Assembly: GCA_965218425.1 (NCBI GenBank)
Contig: OZ244621.1
Location: 2,368,001-2,432,000, forward strand
DNA: 64,000 nucleotides
DNA from: an uncultured Candidatus Binatia bacterium
GTDB lineage: Bacteria; Desulfobacterota; Binatia; UBA9968; CAXXLF01
Direction: 5' to 3'
A program made the translations under genes and the position numbers. The notes under the pieces were generated by a model, which made no database searches, was not told the DNA's origin, and saw only the letters and a program-made list of their open reading frames with translations. Below, in pieces: positions 53,880-64,000 of the stretch. Every line of letters starts with the position of its first letter. The stretch's first letter is position 1.

Positions 53880-54035
53880 GCTTTCCAATATGCAGGAAAG
53901 GGCCTGTGTAGGCAAGCCTGCGAAAATCACGTCATTTCTGCGGCGGTGGCAAGAGGCGGCAGCAGCCTAAAACGGAGGTTGTTTTTTAATGCAGTAACGG
54001 TATGTTAGAATACGTTTTTCTGAGCGGGCTGGAGT

Positions 54036-54947
54036 ATGGAAGATCTCATGGAACAATACAAAAACCATCTACAAAACGAGCGCCATGTTTCTCTCCACAC
54101 CCTGAGAAATTACGTGAGCGATCTGAGGCAGTTTCATGAGTTTGTCAAATCTCAGGGGATCCAGGAGACAAGAACTGCCGCCGGGGAGTTCCTATGGGCG
54201 GATGCTCATCATGTGAGAGCTTATCTTGGCACCATGGCCAAGGTATGCCAGAAGAGCTCACTTGGCAGAAAAGTTGCCGCGCTCAAGAGTTTTTTTCGAT
54301 ATCTCGTAAGGGAGCGGTGTCTCCAGCGGGATCCTTTGTTGGGCTTCGGCAGTCCTAAGCAGGAAAAACCTCTGGTGACCTTTCTCTCCGTAGACGATGT
54401 CTTTCGATTATTGGATGGGTTTAAAGGATTGGGCCCGTTGGCGATGCGGGATCGGGCGGTTCTGGAAGTTCTGTATTCTACGGGGATACGGGTAAGTGAA
54501 TTGGTAGGTCTGAATTGGGGTGATGTTGACTTCCGGCTGGGTGTTATCAGGGTCGTTGGAAAAGGTTCCAAGGAACGAATCGTCCCAATTGGTGAGGTGG
54601 CACTTGGTGTCCTTCGAGACTATGCGATGGAACAAGAAAAAAAATGGCGGCGACCTTCCAAAGGACGGTCAGCGGTCGTATTAAATCGCCAGGGTAAAAG
54701 GATTACCACTCGGAGCGTCGGACGAATTGTGGAAAAGCACCTGCGGGCCAGAGGAATAGCGGTTCAAACAGGACCCCACGGCCTCCGCCACACCTTTGCC
54801 ACGCATTTGCTCAACAGCGGTGCCGACCTGAGGGTGATCCAGGAACTGCTGGGTCATACCAGTCTGTCAACGACCCAGCGGTACACCCATGTGAGCCTGG
54901 ATCATCTCACTGCGGTGTACGACCGTGCTCATCCAAGGGCGCAATGA
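54036..54947 (+). CDS. xerC: tyrosine recombinase XerC
   Basis: LYSTGIRVSEL, GKGSKER, HGLRHTFATHLL, LLGH...TTQRYTH; upstream of hslVU. Confidence 0.9.
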   Translation: MEDLMEQYKNHLQNERHVSLHTLRNYVSDLRQFHEFVKSQGIQETRTAAGEFLWADAHHVRAYLGTMAKVCQKSSLGRKVAALKSFFRYLVRERCLQRDPLLGFGSPKQEKPLVTFLSVDDVFRLLDGFKGLGPLAMRDRAVLEVLYSTGIRVSELVGLNWGDVDFRLGVIRVVGKGSKERIVPIGEVALGVLRDYAMEQEKKWRRPSKGRSAVVLNRQGKRITTRSVGRIVEKHLRARGIAVQTGPHGLRHTFATHLLNSGADLRVIQELLGHTSLSTTQRYTHVSLDHLTAVYDRAHPRAQ

Positions 54948-54966
54948 GGGAGACTTGAGGTAAACC

Positions 54967-55497
54967 ATGTTTCAAGGAACGACGATACTGGCGGTTCGTC
55001 ATGGGGGGCGAGTGGTGGTGGTTGGAGACGGGCAGGTGAGCCTGGGACAAACCGTGTTGAAGCACAGCGCGAAGAAAGTCCGTAAGATCTACCAGGATCG
55101 AGTCATTGCCGGATTTGCGGGGGCTACGGCGGATGCCTTCACTTTATTTGAAAAATTTGAGGCGAAGCTGGAGCAGTACAACGGCAATCTCAGACGGGGT
55201 GCCGTGGAGCTCGCCAAGGATTGGCGAACCGATCGCGTACTGAGGAGGTTGGAGGCCTTATTGGTGGTTGCGGATACAGAGGGATTGCTGGTGATCTCGG
55301 GAGTAGGAGATGTGGTGGAACCGGACGACGGTTTGATTGCCATTGGGTCCGGCGGTAACTTCGCTCTGGCCGCGGCGCGGGTCTTGGTAAAGCACAGCCA
55401 GCTCGATGCCCGGGCCATTGCCGTTGAGTCCATGAAGGCAGCGGCTGCCATCTGTGTGTATACCAACGAACAATTGACCGTTGAGGAGCTACCTTAA
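54967..55497 (+). CDS. hslV: ATP-dependent protease peptidase subunit
   Basis: [34 protein letters not shown]. Confidence 0.97.
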   Translation: MFQGTTILAVRHGGRVVVVGDGQVSLGQTVLKHSAKKVRKIYQDRVIAGFAGATADAFTLFEKFEAKLEQYNGNLRRGAVELAKDWRTDRVLRRLEALLVVADTEGLLVISGVGDVVEPDDGLIAIGSGGNFALAAARVLVKHSQLDARAIAVESMKAAAAICVYTNEQLTVEELP

Positions 55498-55502
55498 TCC
55501 CT

Positions 55503-56897
55503 ATGAAAATGGAACCGAACGCAGCATCAACCCAGGGCGAGTTAAACCCAGCACCGGCGCCGGTTATGACGCCACGGGAAGTGGTGTCGGAACTCGATCG
55601 GTACATTGTGGGGCAAAAAGACGCGAAACGGGCTGTGGCCATAGCCCTGCGCAATCGTTGGCGGCGCCAACTGGTACCCGAGGATCTGCGGGAGGAGATT
55701 GCTCCGAAGAATATTATTATGATCGGACCCACTGGAGTGGGCAAGACCGAGATCTCTCGCAGGCTTGCCAAGTTGGCCCAGGCCCCCTTCATTAAAGTGG
55801 AAGCGTCGAAGTTCACCGAGGTCGGCTACGTGGGCAGGGATGTGGAATCCATCATTCGCGACCTCATGGAGCTCGCGGTGAATATGGTCAAAGAGGAAGA
55901 GAAGCAACAGGTTGAGATCAAAGCCAGGGAGTTGGCAGAGGAGAGGATTCTCGATCTTCTGTTACCCCCTGCACCCACAAGTAAACCGACCGGGTCAGCC
56001 GAACCGGAGGCAGGGGCACCAACGACCCGGGGGAAGCTCAAAAAGTTGCTGCGGGAGGGCAAACTCAATGACCGGTCCGTGGAGGTGGAAATCACACGTG
56101 CAGCGACGCCCATGGTGGAGGTGATGACCCCCCAGGGGATGGAGGAGATGGAGTCCAACCTCAAGGAGATGTTTTCTAACCTTCTTCCCAAACGGACGAA
56201 GAAGAAAACCGTCAAGGTGCCCGAGGCCATCGATATCCTCACCCAAGAGGAGGCCGCTAAATTGGTGGATATGGATAAGGTGGTGGGGGAGGCGAACCAT
56301 CGGGTGGAGCACTCGGGTATCGTTTTTATCGATGAGATCGATAAGATTGCCGGACGAGAGTCTATGCAGGGGCCTGATGTCTCCCGTGAGGGTGTTCAGC
56401 GGGATCTGCTCCCCATTGTGGAGGGTTCAACGGTCAATACGAAATATGGGATGGTGAGGACCGACCACATCCTGTTCATCGCCTCCGGCGCGTTTCACAA
56501 TTCCAAACCATCCGATTTGATCCCAGAGTTTCAAGGTCGATTTCCCATTCGGGTGGAGCTTAGCTCTCTGGGTAAAGATGATTTTGTTAGGATCCTCACG
56601 GAACCAAAAAATGCATTAATCAAGCAGTACGTGGCTTTGCTTGAGACTGAAAGGGTGCATCTTTCATTTAAAGAGGATGCCATTGAAGAAATTGCCCGCA
56701 TTGCCGCTCAGGTGAATGATAAGGCGGAGAATATCGGCGCCAGGCGGCTTCACACTATTTTGGAGAGGCTGGTTGACGAAATCTCCTACTCGGCTCCCGA
56801 GATGCCGGGCAAAGACGTCGACATCGATGCCCAATACGTTAAAGCACGCCTAACTCCAATTTTGCAGGACGAGGATCTATCACGTTACATCCTATAA
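55503..56897 (+). CDS. hslU: ATP-dependent protease ATPase subunit
   Basis: [48 protein letters not shown]. Confidence 0.98.
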   Translation: MKMEPNAASTQGELNPAPAPVMTPREVVSELDRYIVGQKDAKRAVAIALRNRWRRQLVPEDLREEIAPKNIIMIGPTGVGKTEISRRLAKLAQAPFIKVEASKFTEVGYVGRDVESIIRDLMELAVNMVKEEEKQQVEIKARELAEERILDLLLPPAPTSKPTGSAEPEAGAPTTRGKLKKLLREGKLNDRSVEVEITRAATPMVEVMTPQGMEEMESNLKEMFSNLLPKRTKKKTVKVPEAIDILTQEEAAKLVDMDKVVGEANHRVEHSGIVFIDEIDKIAGRESMQGPDVSREGVQRDLLPIVEGSTVNTKYGMVRTDHILFIASGAFHNSKPSDLIPEFQGRFPIRVELSSLGKDDFVRILTEPKNALIKQYVALLETERVHLSFKEDAIEEIARIAAQVNDKAENIGARRLHTILERLVDEISYSAPEMPGKDVDIDAQYVKARLTPILQDEDLSRYIL

Positions 56898-56974
56898 GGG
56901 CTGGAAGGAGCGCTTGTCATTGAAGGCTGTTTGATGACCGCGTGTTAGGCTTTATCATAGGAAAGGCAAGTTTG

Positions 56975-57862
56975 GTGGAAGATTTTATCGGGAAAGCTGA
57001 GATCTTGATGGAAGCGCTTCCCTATATACGGCGCTTTTATGGGAAGACCTTCGTCGTAAAATACGGTGGCAAGGCCATGGTAGACGAGGAACTCAAGGCT
57101 AGCTTTGCCCAGGACATGGTGCTGCTCAAGTATGTGGGCATAAACCCGGTTGTGGTCCACGGGGGAGGTCCCCAGATCAATCAGACCCTAGAGAAGATGG
57201 GGGTCTCCAGCCGTTACGTACGGGGGATGCGGGTCACGGACCGGGAGACCCTCGATGTGATTGAAATGGTGCTGGTGGGCAAGGTGAACAAGGAAATCGT
57301 GGGGCTCATCAATCATCATGGGGGCATGGCGGTGGGATTGAGTGGCAAGGATGGGGAGCTCATCCTCGCGCGTAAGATGAACGTAACGGTTGCCTCCGCC
57401 AACAAGGAAGAGAGTCCGGAAATTATTGACATCGGTATGGTTGGTGAGATTGTTGGAATCAACCCATTGCTAATCAACTCGTTGGATGAGAATAAATTTA
57501 TCCCGGTCATTGCTCCCGTAGGAGTGGGCGAGCAAGGAGAGACCTACAATATTAACGCCGACCTCGTGGCTGGGCACACCGCCGCGGCCCTGGGGGCTGA
57601 AAAGCTCATTTTGCTCACGGATGTGGAGGGGGTCAAAAACAAAAAAGGGGAGCAGTTGAGCACCCTGAAGGTGAATCAGGCTCGAAAGATGATCAACGAA
57701 GGGGTGGTGGCAGCCGGGATGATCCCGAAAGTGGAGTGCTGTATTGACGCCCTGGAGGGGGGGGTGGGAAAAACCCACATCATCGACGGTCGGGTTAGGC
57801 ACGCCGTGTTGTTGGAAATTTTTACCCAGGCGGGTGTCGGGACGGAAGTGGTACTCAAGTAA
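56975..57862 (+). CDS. argB: acetylglutamate kinase
   Basis: [37 protein letters not shown]. Confidence 0.97.
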   Translation: MEDFIGKAEILMEALPYIRRFYGKTFVVKYGGKAMVDEELKASFAQDMVLLKYVGINPVVVHGGGPQINQTLEKMGVSSRYVRGMRVTDRETLDVIEMVLVGKVNKEIVGLINHHGGMAVGLSGKDGELILARKMNVTVASANKEESPEIIDIGMVGEIVGINPLLINSLDENKFIPVIAPVGVGEQGETYNINADLVAGHTAAALGAEKLILLTDVEGVKNKKGEQLSTLKVNQARKMINEGVVAAGMIPKVECCIDALEGGVGKTHIIDGRVRHAVLLEIFTQAGVGTEVVLK

Positions 57863-57865
57863 GCG

Positions 57866-59056
57866 ATGAAGAACCAGAATGTCATAGAGCTGACTCACCG
57901 ATACGTGGCGCAGACCTATGCCCGCTACCCCATCGCATTGGTGCGGGGGAAAGGGGTCAAGGTATGGGATGTGAACGGCAAACAGTATCTGGATTTTGCC
58001 GCTGGTATCGCCGTCAATAACCTGGGACATAGTCATCCTGCTGTGGTCCGTGCGATCCAACGTCAGGCGAAGAACCTCATTCACGTGTCCAATTTGTATC
58101 ATATTGTCCCCCAGTCGGAGCTTGCCCGAGAACTCTGTCGCCGATCCTTTGCGGATCGGGTTTTTTTTTGTAATAGCGGGGCTGAGGCGAACGAGGCCGC
58201 GGTTAAACTGGCGCGGCGCTATGGTGCGGAGCGCCTGGGAGGGAAATACGAGATTCTCTCCATGCTGAACTCTTTTCACGGTAGGACCTTGGCTACTTTG
58301 ACGGCCACCGGACAGGAGAAGGTGCGATTGGGTTTTGATCCGCTCCCGCAGGGTTTCCGCCAGGTCCCCTACGGTGATCTCGATGCCATTGAAGATGCCA
58401 TTGGTGAAAAAACCGCCGCCGTTTTGGTGGAGCCCATACAGGGTGAAGGGGGAGTTGTGGTCCCTCAGGAGGGTTATCTGCAGGGATTGAGAGAGCTGTG
58501 TGATAACAGGGGCCTGCTGCTAATCTTTGACGAGGTCCAAGTGGGCATGGGCCGTACGGGCAAGCTCTTTGCCTATGAACACTTCGGTGTGGAACCGGAC
58601 ATCATGACCTTGGCGAAGGCCTTGGGGGGAGGGCTTCCCGCGGGAGCCATGCTGGCTAAGGAAGAGGTGGCTTATAGCTTTGTCCCAGGGACTCACGCAT
58701 CCACGTTTGGCGGCAATCCGTTGGTCTGCTCGGTTGCCCTCGCTGTGCTAAAGGCATTGGTGCGGGACGGGGTGTTACGAAACTGTGCCAAGATGAGCAA
58801 GGTTCTCTTCCAGGGACTCCAATCTCTGAAGGAGCGTTTTGATTTTATCCGGGACATCCGCGGGAAGGGGTTGATCTTGGGGGTAGAAATCGAGGGGGAT
58901 GCAAGTAAGATCGTGGCGGACTGCCTTCAAGCTGGACTATTAATTACCAGTGCGGGACACAATAACGTTCTGCGTTTTCTCCCACCCTTGATCGTGAGTA
59001 AACGGGACATCGACAGCGGATTGGCAATTTTTGAAAAGGTCCTGGCGCGCCAATAA
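57866..59056 (+). CDS. argD: acetylornithine aminotransferase
   Basis: NSGAEANE, SFHGRT, EPIQGEGG, FDEVQVGMGRTG, AKALGGG, STFGGNP. Confidence 0.95.
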   Translation: MKNQNVIELTHRYVAQTYARYPIALVRGKGVKVWDVNGKQYLDFAAGIAVNNLGHSHPAVVRAIQRQAKNLIHVSNLYHIVPQSELARELCRRSFADRVFFCNSGAEANEAAVKLARRYGAERLGGKYEILSMLNSFHGRTLATLTATGQEKVRLGFDPLPQGFRQVPYGDLDAIEDAIGEKTAAVLVEPIQGEGGVVVPQEGYLQGLRELCDNRGLLLIFDEVQVGMGRTGKLFAYEHFGVEPDIMTLAKALGGGLPAGAMLAKEEVAYSFVPGTHASTFGGNPLVCSVALAVLKALVRDGVLRNCAKMSKVLFQGLQSLKERFDFIRDIRGKGLILGVEIEGDASKIVADCLQAGLLITSAGHNNVLRFLPPLIVSKRDIDSGLAIFEKVLARQ

Positions 59057-59078
59057 AAGGCCGCCTCCATCCTGAGCC

Positions 59079-60035
59079 ATGAAAAAGAGAGATCTTCTGA
59101 GCCTTAGGGACCTCAGTGGAGAGGAAGTGAACGATCTGTTTTCCCTTGCCTGGAAACTTAAGCGGAGGTCGGCAGGCGGAAAGGCCGGGTTGTTGGCAGG
59201 GCGGACCTTGGCCCTGGTCTTTGAGAAGCCAAGTCTTAGGACCCGGGTCAGCTTTGAAACTGGCATGCTGGAACTGGGTGGGCATGCGATTTTTTTAGGG
59301 CCTGAGGAGATCAATCTCGGAGTGCGGGAGAGTCCCATGGACTGTGCCCGGGTTTTGAGTCGTTGGGTGGATCTTATTGTGGTCCGGACCTTTTCCCAGG
59401 AAACCCTGAAGGAAATGGCGGGTTACGCTTCGGTCCCAGTGATCAATGGCCTGACGGACCGGTTCCATCCCTGCCAGGTACTGGCGGACTGTCTCACGCT
59501 CCTTGAGCGCAAGGGAACTCTGAAAGGGTTAAAGATTGCTTTCGTTGGGGACGGGAACAACGTCGTCCATTCATGGATGCTGGCTGCGGAAAAATTTCCC
59601 CTTTCATTTTTCCTTGCTTGCCCGAGAGACTATGGGCCGGATCCAGAGATTACGCGGTCTGCCAGGGAGAACGGCGCCCATGTGACGGTTACCCAGGATG
59701 TGAATGAAGCGGTGCAGGGGGCCGATGTAGTTTACACGGATGTATGGGCAAGCATGGGTCAAGAGAAAGAGCTGGAGGAGAGGCGCAAGATCTTTCATGA
59801 CTACCAGGTGACGGAGGAAGTGGTGGCTATGGCCAACAAGGACGCCATGGTTATGCACTGTCTTCCCGCCCATCGGGGAGAGGAGATCACCCATGAGGTC
59901 CTGGAAGGCCCCCACTCCGTTGTTTTCGATCAAGCTGAAAATCGCCTACACATGCAAAAAGCCGTCATGGTTTGGATTTTGGGTCGGTTGAAGGGATCCA
60001 CAGCTAAAAAAAGAAGGGAAGTAAATGAAGGTTAG
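59079..60035 (+). CDS. argF: ornithine carbamoyltransferase
   Basis: [33 protein letters not shown]. Confidence 0.97.
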   Translation: MKKRDLLSLRDLSGEEVNDLFSLAWKLKRRSAGGKAGLLAGRTLALVFEKPSLRTRVSFETGMLELGGHAIFLGPEEINLGVRESPMDCARVLSRWVDLIVVRTFSQETLKEMAGYASVPVINGLTDRFHPCQVLADCLTLLERKGTLKGLKIAFVGDGNNVVHSWMLAAEKFPLSFFLACPRDYGPDPEITRSARENGAHVTVTQDVNEAVQGADVVYTDVWASMGQEKELEERRKIFHDYQVTEEVVAMANKDAMVMHCLPAHRGEEITHEVLEGPHSVVFDQAENRLHMQKAVMVWILGRLKGSTAKKRREVNEG

Positions 60036-61224
60036 GAAAGTCGTCTTGGCCTACTCTGGTGGATTGGACACCTCAGTTTGCCTGCGCTGGATCAAGGAGC
60101 AGTATGAGTGCGAGGTGGTTGCCTACTGCGCCGATCTTGGGCAAGAGGAAGACCTGAAGGCAGTGAGACGAAAGGCCCGGGAGACGGGTGCGAGCAAGGT
60201 CATTGTGGATGACCTGCGGGAGGAGTTCGTCAAAAATTATATCTTTCCAATGCTGCGCGCCAACGCAGTTTATGAGGGGTCCTACCTGTTAGGGACCTCC
60301 ATTGCCCGTCCCTTGATAGCAAGGAGACAAATGGAGGTCGCCGCAAAGGAAAAGGCCGATGCAGTGGCCCATGGGGCCACGGGCAAGGGAAACGATCAAA
60401 TCCGATTTGAGTTGACCTACTACGCATTGAAGCCCGATGTGAAGGTGATTGCCCCATGGAGAGTGTGGGATCTTAACTCACGCCAGTCCTTGATATCCTA
60501 CGCAAAGCGTCAGGGCATTTCTGTCCCAGTGAGCCGTAAAAGGCCCTACAGCGTCGACCGAAATCTCTTTCACGTTAGCTACGAAGGGGGCATCTTGGAA
60601 AACCCATGGCAGGAGCCCCCTACCGATATGTTCCTCTGGACCACTTCGCCCGAGAAGGCACCCGATCGCAGTGAATACGTTGAGATCGATTTTCGCCGTG
60701 GAGATCCAGTGTCATTGAACGGAAGAACCAAGTCTCCGGCTGCACTACTGGCACATTTGAATACCCTGGGAGCGAAACACGGAGTGGGAAGGGTGGATTT
60801 GGTGGAGGACCGCTACGTGGGTATGAAGGCACGCGGTGTCTATGAGACCCCTGGCGGTACTCTCCTGCACCGGGCACGTCGGGCGCTGGAGTCCATCACC
60901 ATGGATCGGGAGGTCATGAGCTTGCGCGACTCGTTGATCCCCAAATATTCAGAACTGGTCTATAATGGCTACTGGTTTTCCCCGGAGCGGGAGCTCCTGC
61001 AAAAAGCCATGGATGGCTCCCAGGAGAATGTGAGCGGCCGCGTCCGGCTAAAGCTCTACAAGGGAAACGCCATGGTGGCCGGTAGACAATCGAATTCCTC
61101 TCTCTATGATCCCAAGGTGGCTACCTTTGAGGAGGATAGCGATTATCACCAGGCGGATGCGGATGGTTTTATAAAACTAAACGCCTTGCGTCTGAGGCTC
61201 CGGCGGCTCACAAAGCACAAGTAG
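60025..61224 (+). CDS. argG: argininosuccinate synthase
   Basis: [29 protein letters not shown]. Confidence 0.98.
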   Translation: MKVRKVVLAYSGGLDTSVCLRWIKEQYECEVVAYCADLGQEEDLKAVRRKARETGASKVIVDDLREEFVKNYIFPMLRANAVYEGSYLLGTSIARPLIARRQMEVAAKEKADAVAHGATGKGNDQIRFELTYYALKPDVKVIAPWRVWDLNSRQSLISYAKRQGISVPVSRKRPYSVDRNLFHVSYEGGILENPWQEPPTDMFLWTTSPEKAPDRSEYVEIDFRRGDPVSLNGRTKSPAALLAHLNTLGAKHGVGRVDLVEDRYVGMKARGVYETPGGTLLHRARRALESITMDREVMSLRDSLIPKYSELVYNGYWFSPERELLQKAMDGSQENVSGRVRLKLYKGNAMVAGRQSNSSLYDPKVATFEEDSDYHQADADGFIKLNALRLRLRRLTKHK

Positions 61225-61232
61225 TTGGGAGG

Positions 61233-62618
61233 TTGAGTTTGGCAGCGGCGAAAAAGAAAAAACTTTGGGCGGGACGATTTGACGGGGCCACGGCTAGCTC
61301 CGTGGAGGCCTTTACGTCGTCCATTGCTGTGGATAAGAGATTGTACTCCTACGATATCGAAGGCAGCATTGCCCATGCGCGGATGCTTGGCCGCCAAAAG
61401 ATCATCTCACAGGCAGATGCGGCAAAGATTGTTAGGGGACTTAAGCTGATCGAAAAGGAAATTCAAAGAGGCGCTTCCACCTTCTCCCAGACCGATGAAG
61501 ACATCCATATGAATATCGAGCGCCGGCTCTTTCGCAAAATCGGCCCTGCGGCAGGAAAGCTTCATACCGCCAGGAGCCGCAATGATCAGGTGGCGTTGGA
61601 TATGCGCCTCTATCTCAGGGAAGAGCTCAAGGCCATTCAGACGGCCCTTAACCGGTTAAAGGCAGAGCTCGTGCGCTCAGCAAAGCGCAACGTGAAGGTT
61701 ATTATGCCTGGCTACACTCACCTGCAACGGGCCCAGCCCATTCTCTTTTCCCACCACCTTCTTGCCTACGCGGAAATGCTGGATCGGGACCTTGAACGTG
61801 CGGGGGAGTGTGCCAAGCGAGTCAACGTACTTCCCCTGGGCTCGGGAGCATTGGCCGGCACCACCTTCCCCATCGATCGGGCCTATGTGGCGAGGCTGCT
61901 GGGTTTCCCCCGGTTGTCCAAGAATAGTGTGGACGCGGTCAGTGATCGTGACTTCGTACTGGAATTCCTCGCTGTTTCGGCCATCCTTTTTGCCCACCTG
62001 AGTCGTCTTGCCGAGGAGATGGTGTTGTGGTCTAGTGAGGAGTTCGGATTCATCGAGCTCCCGGACCGATACTGCACGGGAAGTTCCATTATGCCGCAGA
62101 AAAAAAACCCCGACGTCCCCGAGTTGATCCGTGGGCGAACGGGTCGGGTCTATGGACACCTCCATGCCCTTCTGACAGTGATCAAAGGGTTACCCTTGTC
62201 CTATAACCGTGACCTTCAGGAGGATAAGACTCCTCTATTTGATACTGTGGATACCGTTAAGGCGAGCCTGGCCATGATGGCGGAGCTGGTAAGGGAAACA
62301 AAGGTCAGAAAGGAACGGATGCTCGCAGCCGCGCAGGATGGTTTTATGAATGCAACGGACCTGGCGGATTACCTCGTTCGCCGTGGCATGAGCTTTCGGG
62401 CTGCCCATGGGCTGGTGGGGAAGATCGTTCGTCATTGTCTGTCATCCCACCAGAGGATCGAGGACCTCACACTTAAGGAGTTGCAACACTATTACCCAAA
62501 AATTGAAAAGGACGTGTACCGTTATCTGTCCCTAGAGGCGGTTGTGGAACGACGCCGCACCCCGGGGGGAACCGCCTCCTCCAATGTCCGTCGGCGTCTA
62601 AGGGAAATGGGGGGATGA
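61233..62618 (+). CDS. argH: argininosuccinate lyase
   Basis: [46 protein letters not shown]. Confidence 0.98.
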   Translation: MSLAAAKKKKLWAGRFDGATASSVEAFTSSIAVDKRLYSYDIEGSIAHARMLGRQKIISQADAAKIVRGLKLIEKEIQRGASTFSQTDEDIHMNIERRLFRKIGPAAGKLHTARSRNDQVALDMRLYLREELKAIQTALNRLKAELVRSAKRNVKVIMPGYTHLQRAQPILFSHHLLAYAEMLDRDLERAGECAKRVNVLPLGSGALAGTTFPIDRAYVARLLGFPRLSKNSVDAVSDRDFVLEFLAVSAILFAHLSRLAEEMVLWSSEEFGFIELPDRYCTGSSIMPQKKNPDVPELIRGRTGRVYGHLHALLTVIKGLPLSYNRDLQEDKTPLFDTVDTVKASLAMMAELVRETKVRKERMLAAAQDGFMNATDLADYLVRRGMSFRAAHGLVGKIVRHCLSSHQRIEDLTLKELQHYYPKIEKDVYRYLSLEAVVERRRTPGGTASSNVRRRLREMGG

Positions 62619-62627
62619 GAGGGAGAA

Positions 62628-62805
62628 GAGACAGGGATAGAGTAATTTTAGATTTGTGATTTTAGATTGGGGATAAACAGACAGAGACAGAGTAAGAGAG
62701 AAGGATAGAAGATAGAGAATAGAAGGAACAAAGAGAGTGACGAAGGAAAAAGAAAGAAGTAGACAAAAAAGAGGATGGGGGCGGTCTCTGTCTCAAATCT
62801 CTGTC
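62628..62805. repeat. modular repeat element, family II copy 2
   Basis: GAGACAGGGATAGAG (exact reverse complement of 51696-51710), TTTAGAT and ATAGA heptad triads, CTCTGTCTCAAATCTCTGTC (identical to 51665-84). Confidence 0.8.
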
Positions 62806-63240
62806 ATGGGAACATTCTTTTGTCTGATAATGCTAATTGCAACTGCGTCGTGCGGAAAGAAAGGACCCCCGCGAGCGCCGGAGCTGGCTGTGCCCGAGAC
62901 CATAAGAGACCTCAAGGTGCAGGCTCAGGGAGGAGGAATCGCTCTCACTTGGACCAGGCCCACCCGTTACTTGGACGGGAAGCCCTTGGATGATCTTGCT
63001 GGCTTCGTGGTGTTTCGCAAAGAGGTCACTCAGGCGTGTCCCGGGTGCCCGGCACCCTACCGGGAGAGGATCGCCCTGCCGGTTGAGGATCAGCAGAAGT
63101 TTTTAAAGAAGCAAAAATTTCGCTATGTGGATGGACCATTGACACCACAGGTGAGTTACCGCTACCGCGTATTTTCCCGTCTCATGGACGGCTCCCTCAG
63201 CGATCCATCCAATGAAGCTAAACTAACCTGGAGACCATAA
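62737..63240 (+). CDS. lipoprotein with LptM/YifL-like CGKKGPP motif and fibronectin-III-like domain
   Basis: Hydrophobic stretch plus lipobox ATASC, CGKKGPP, LTWTRP, YRYRV; lies between argH and lysA. Start uncertain (62737 or 62806). Confidence 0.8.
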   Translation: MTKEKERSRQKRGWGRSLSQISVMGTFFCLIMLIATASCGKKGPPRAPELAVPETIRDLKVQAQGGGIALTWTRPTRYLDGKPLDDLAGFVVFRKEVTQACPGCPAPYRERIALPVEDQQKFLKKQKFRYVDGPLTPQVSYRYRVFSRLMDGSLSDPSNEAKLTWRP

Positions 63241-64000
63241 TGGATTTCTTTAAATACAAAAACGGTGAGCTATGTGCAGAGGATGTTCCTGTGGAGCGTA
63301 TCGCTAAAGAAGTTGGTACGCCGGCATACATCTATAGTTTAGCCACCCTGCGACGCCATTTCAGAGTCTTCGACCAAGCGTTTGGAAAACAGTCCCATCT
63401 GGTTTGTTTTTCTGTGAAGGCGAACTCGAATATTGCAGTGCTAAGGGTGTTTGTGAATGAAGGGGGAGGATTTGACATCGTCTCGGGAGGCGAGCTTTTC
63501 CGTGTCCTCAAGGCGGGCTCCGATCCTAAGAAGGTTGTCTTCTCGGGTGTGGGAAAGAGCAGAAGCGAAATCGAGTACGCCCTGAATTCCGGCATCCTCA
63601 TGTTCAACGTTGAGTCGGAGCAGGAACTTAACGTGCTGGATCAGGTGGCGGCGGGGTTGGGAAAGAAAGCCCCCATCAGTCTCAGAATCAACCCGGATGT
63701 GGACCCGCAAACCCATCCCTATATCTCAACCGGGATGAAAAAGAGCAAGTTTGGCATCGACATCAAACGCTCCGTGGAACAATACAAGAGGGCCCTTTCC
63801 CTCAGCCACGTTGAGGTGATCGGAGTGGACTGTCACATCGGATCACAACTCACATCGGTCTCTCCCTTTGTGGATGCGCTTGCCCGAGTGAGGGGCTTCC
63901 TTGAAGTTTTGAAGAAGGAAGGTGCCAACATTCGTTACCTCGATCTAGGAGGGGGTTTAGGCATACGCTACAAAGACGAGAAGCCTCCCCATCCAGAGGA
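63240..64000 (+). CDS. lysA: diaminopimelate decarboxylase (runs off window)
   Basis: ATG overlaps the upstream [61 protein letters not shown]. Confidence 0.97.
   Translation, partial: MDFFKYKNGELCAEDVPVERIAKEVGTPAYIYSLATLRRHFRVFDQAFGKQSHLVCFSVKANSNIAVLRVFVNEGGGFDIVSGGELFRVLKAGSDPKKVVFSGVGKSRSEIEYALNSGILMFNVESEQELNVLDQVAAGLGKKAPISLRINPDVDPQTHPYISTGMKKSKFGIDIKRSVEQYKRALSLSHVEVIGVDCHIGSQLTSVSPFVDALARVRGFLEVLKKEGANIRYLDLGGGLGIRYKDEKPPHPE

Noticed and set aside
54036..54947. Tyrosine recombinase as a phage or integron integrase driving the repeat arrays
   Set aside because: Size, motifs and xerC-hslVU-argB synteny indicate housekeeping XerC; no integron-integrase insertion or attC cassettes are visible.

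Overview
Bacterial chromosomal segment, probably from a deltaproteobacterial-type lineage. Candidatus Binatia is an inference from gene order and the many amidohydrolase, Gfo/Idh/MocA and solute-binding-protein genes. 1-9.4 kb holds a minus-strand oxidative pentose phosphate cluster (zwf, sthA, tal-pgi fusion, rpiA, gnd, pgl) interrupted by an orphan atpC and a glgE relic. 9.6-27.6 kb is an accessory catabolic region (3-hydroxyanthranilate dioxygenase, Pht4-like dehydrogenase, LigJ-like amidohydrolase, signal-less SBP-fold protein, cupins, CDGSH protein, desaturase, pseudogenes) ending at tRNA-Ala(GGC). The rest is core genome: recN-nadK, kdsB-pyrG-kdsA-kdsD-kdsC-lptCAB-rpoN-ptsN-rapZ(frameshifted)-HPr-metK-ahcY, hemW, M48 protease, korAB, moaA, xerC-hslVU-argBDFGH-lipoprotein-lysA. 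The most interesting signals are non-coding. (1) A sigma70-like promoter upstream of kdsB-pyrG has the T6-C7-C8-G9 start region of the CTP-sensing enteric pyrC promoter, but here it forms the base of an intrinsic terminator, suggesting CTP-dependent start-site-switch attenuation. (2) Dispersed intergenic elements are built as ordered strings of different 7-, 8- and 10-bp repeat triads, with evidence of module gain or loss between copies. (3) A candidate ~142-nt rod-like ncRNA lies divergent from kdsB. All calls come from reading the sequence; no searches were run.
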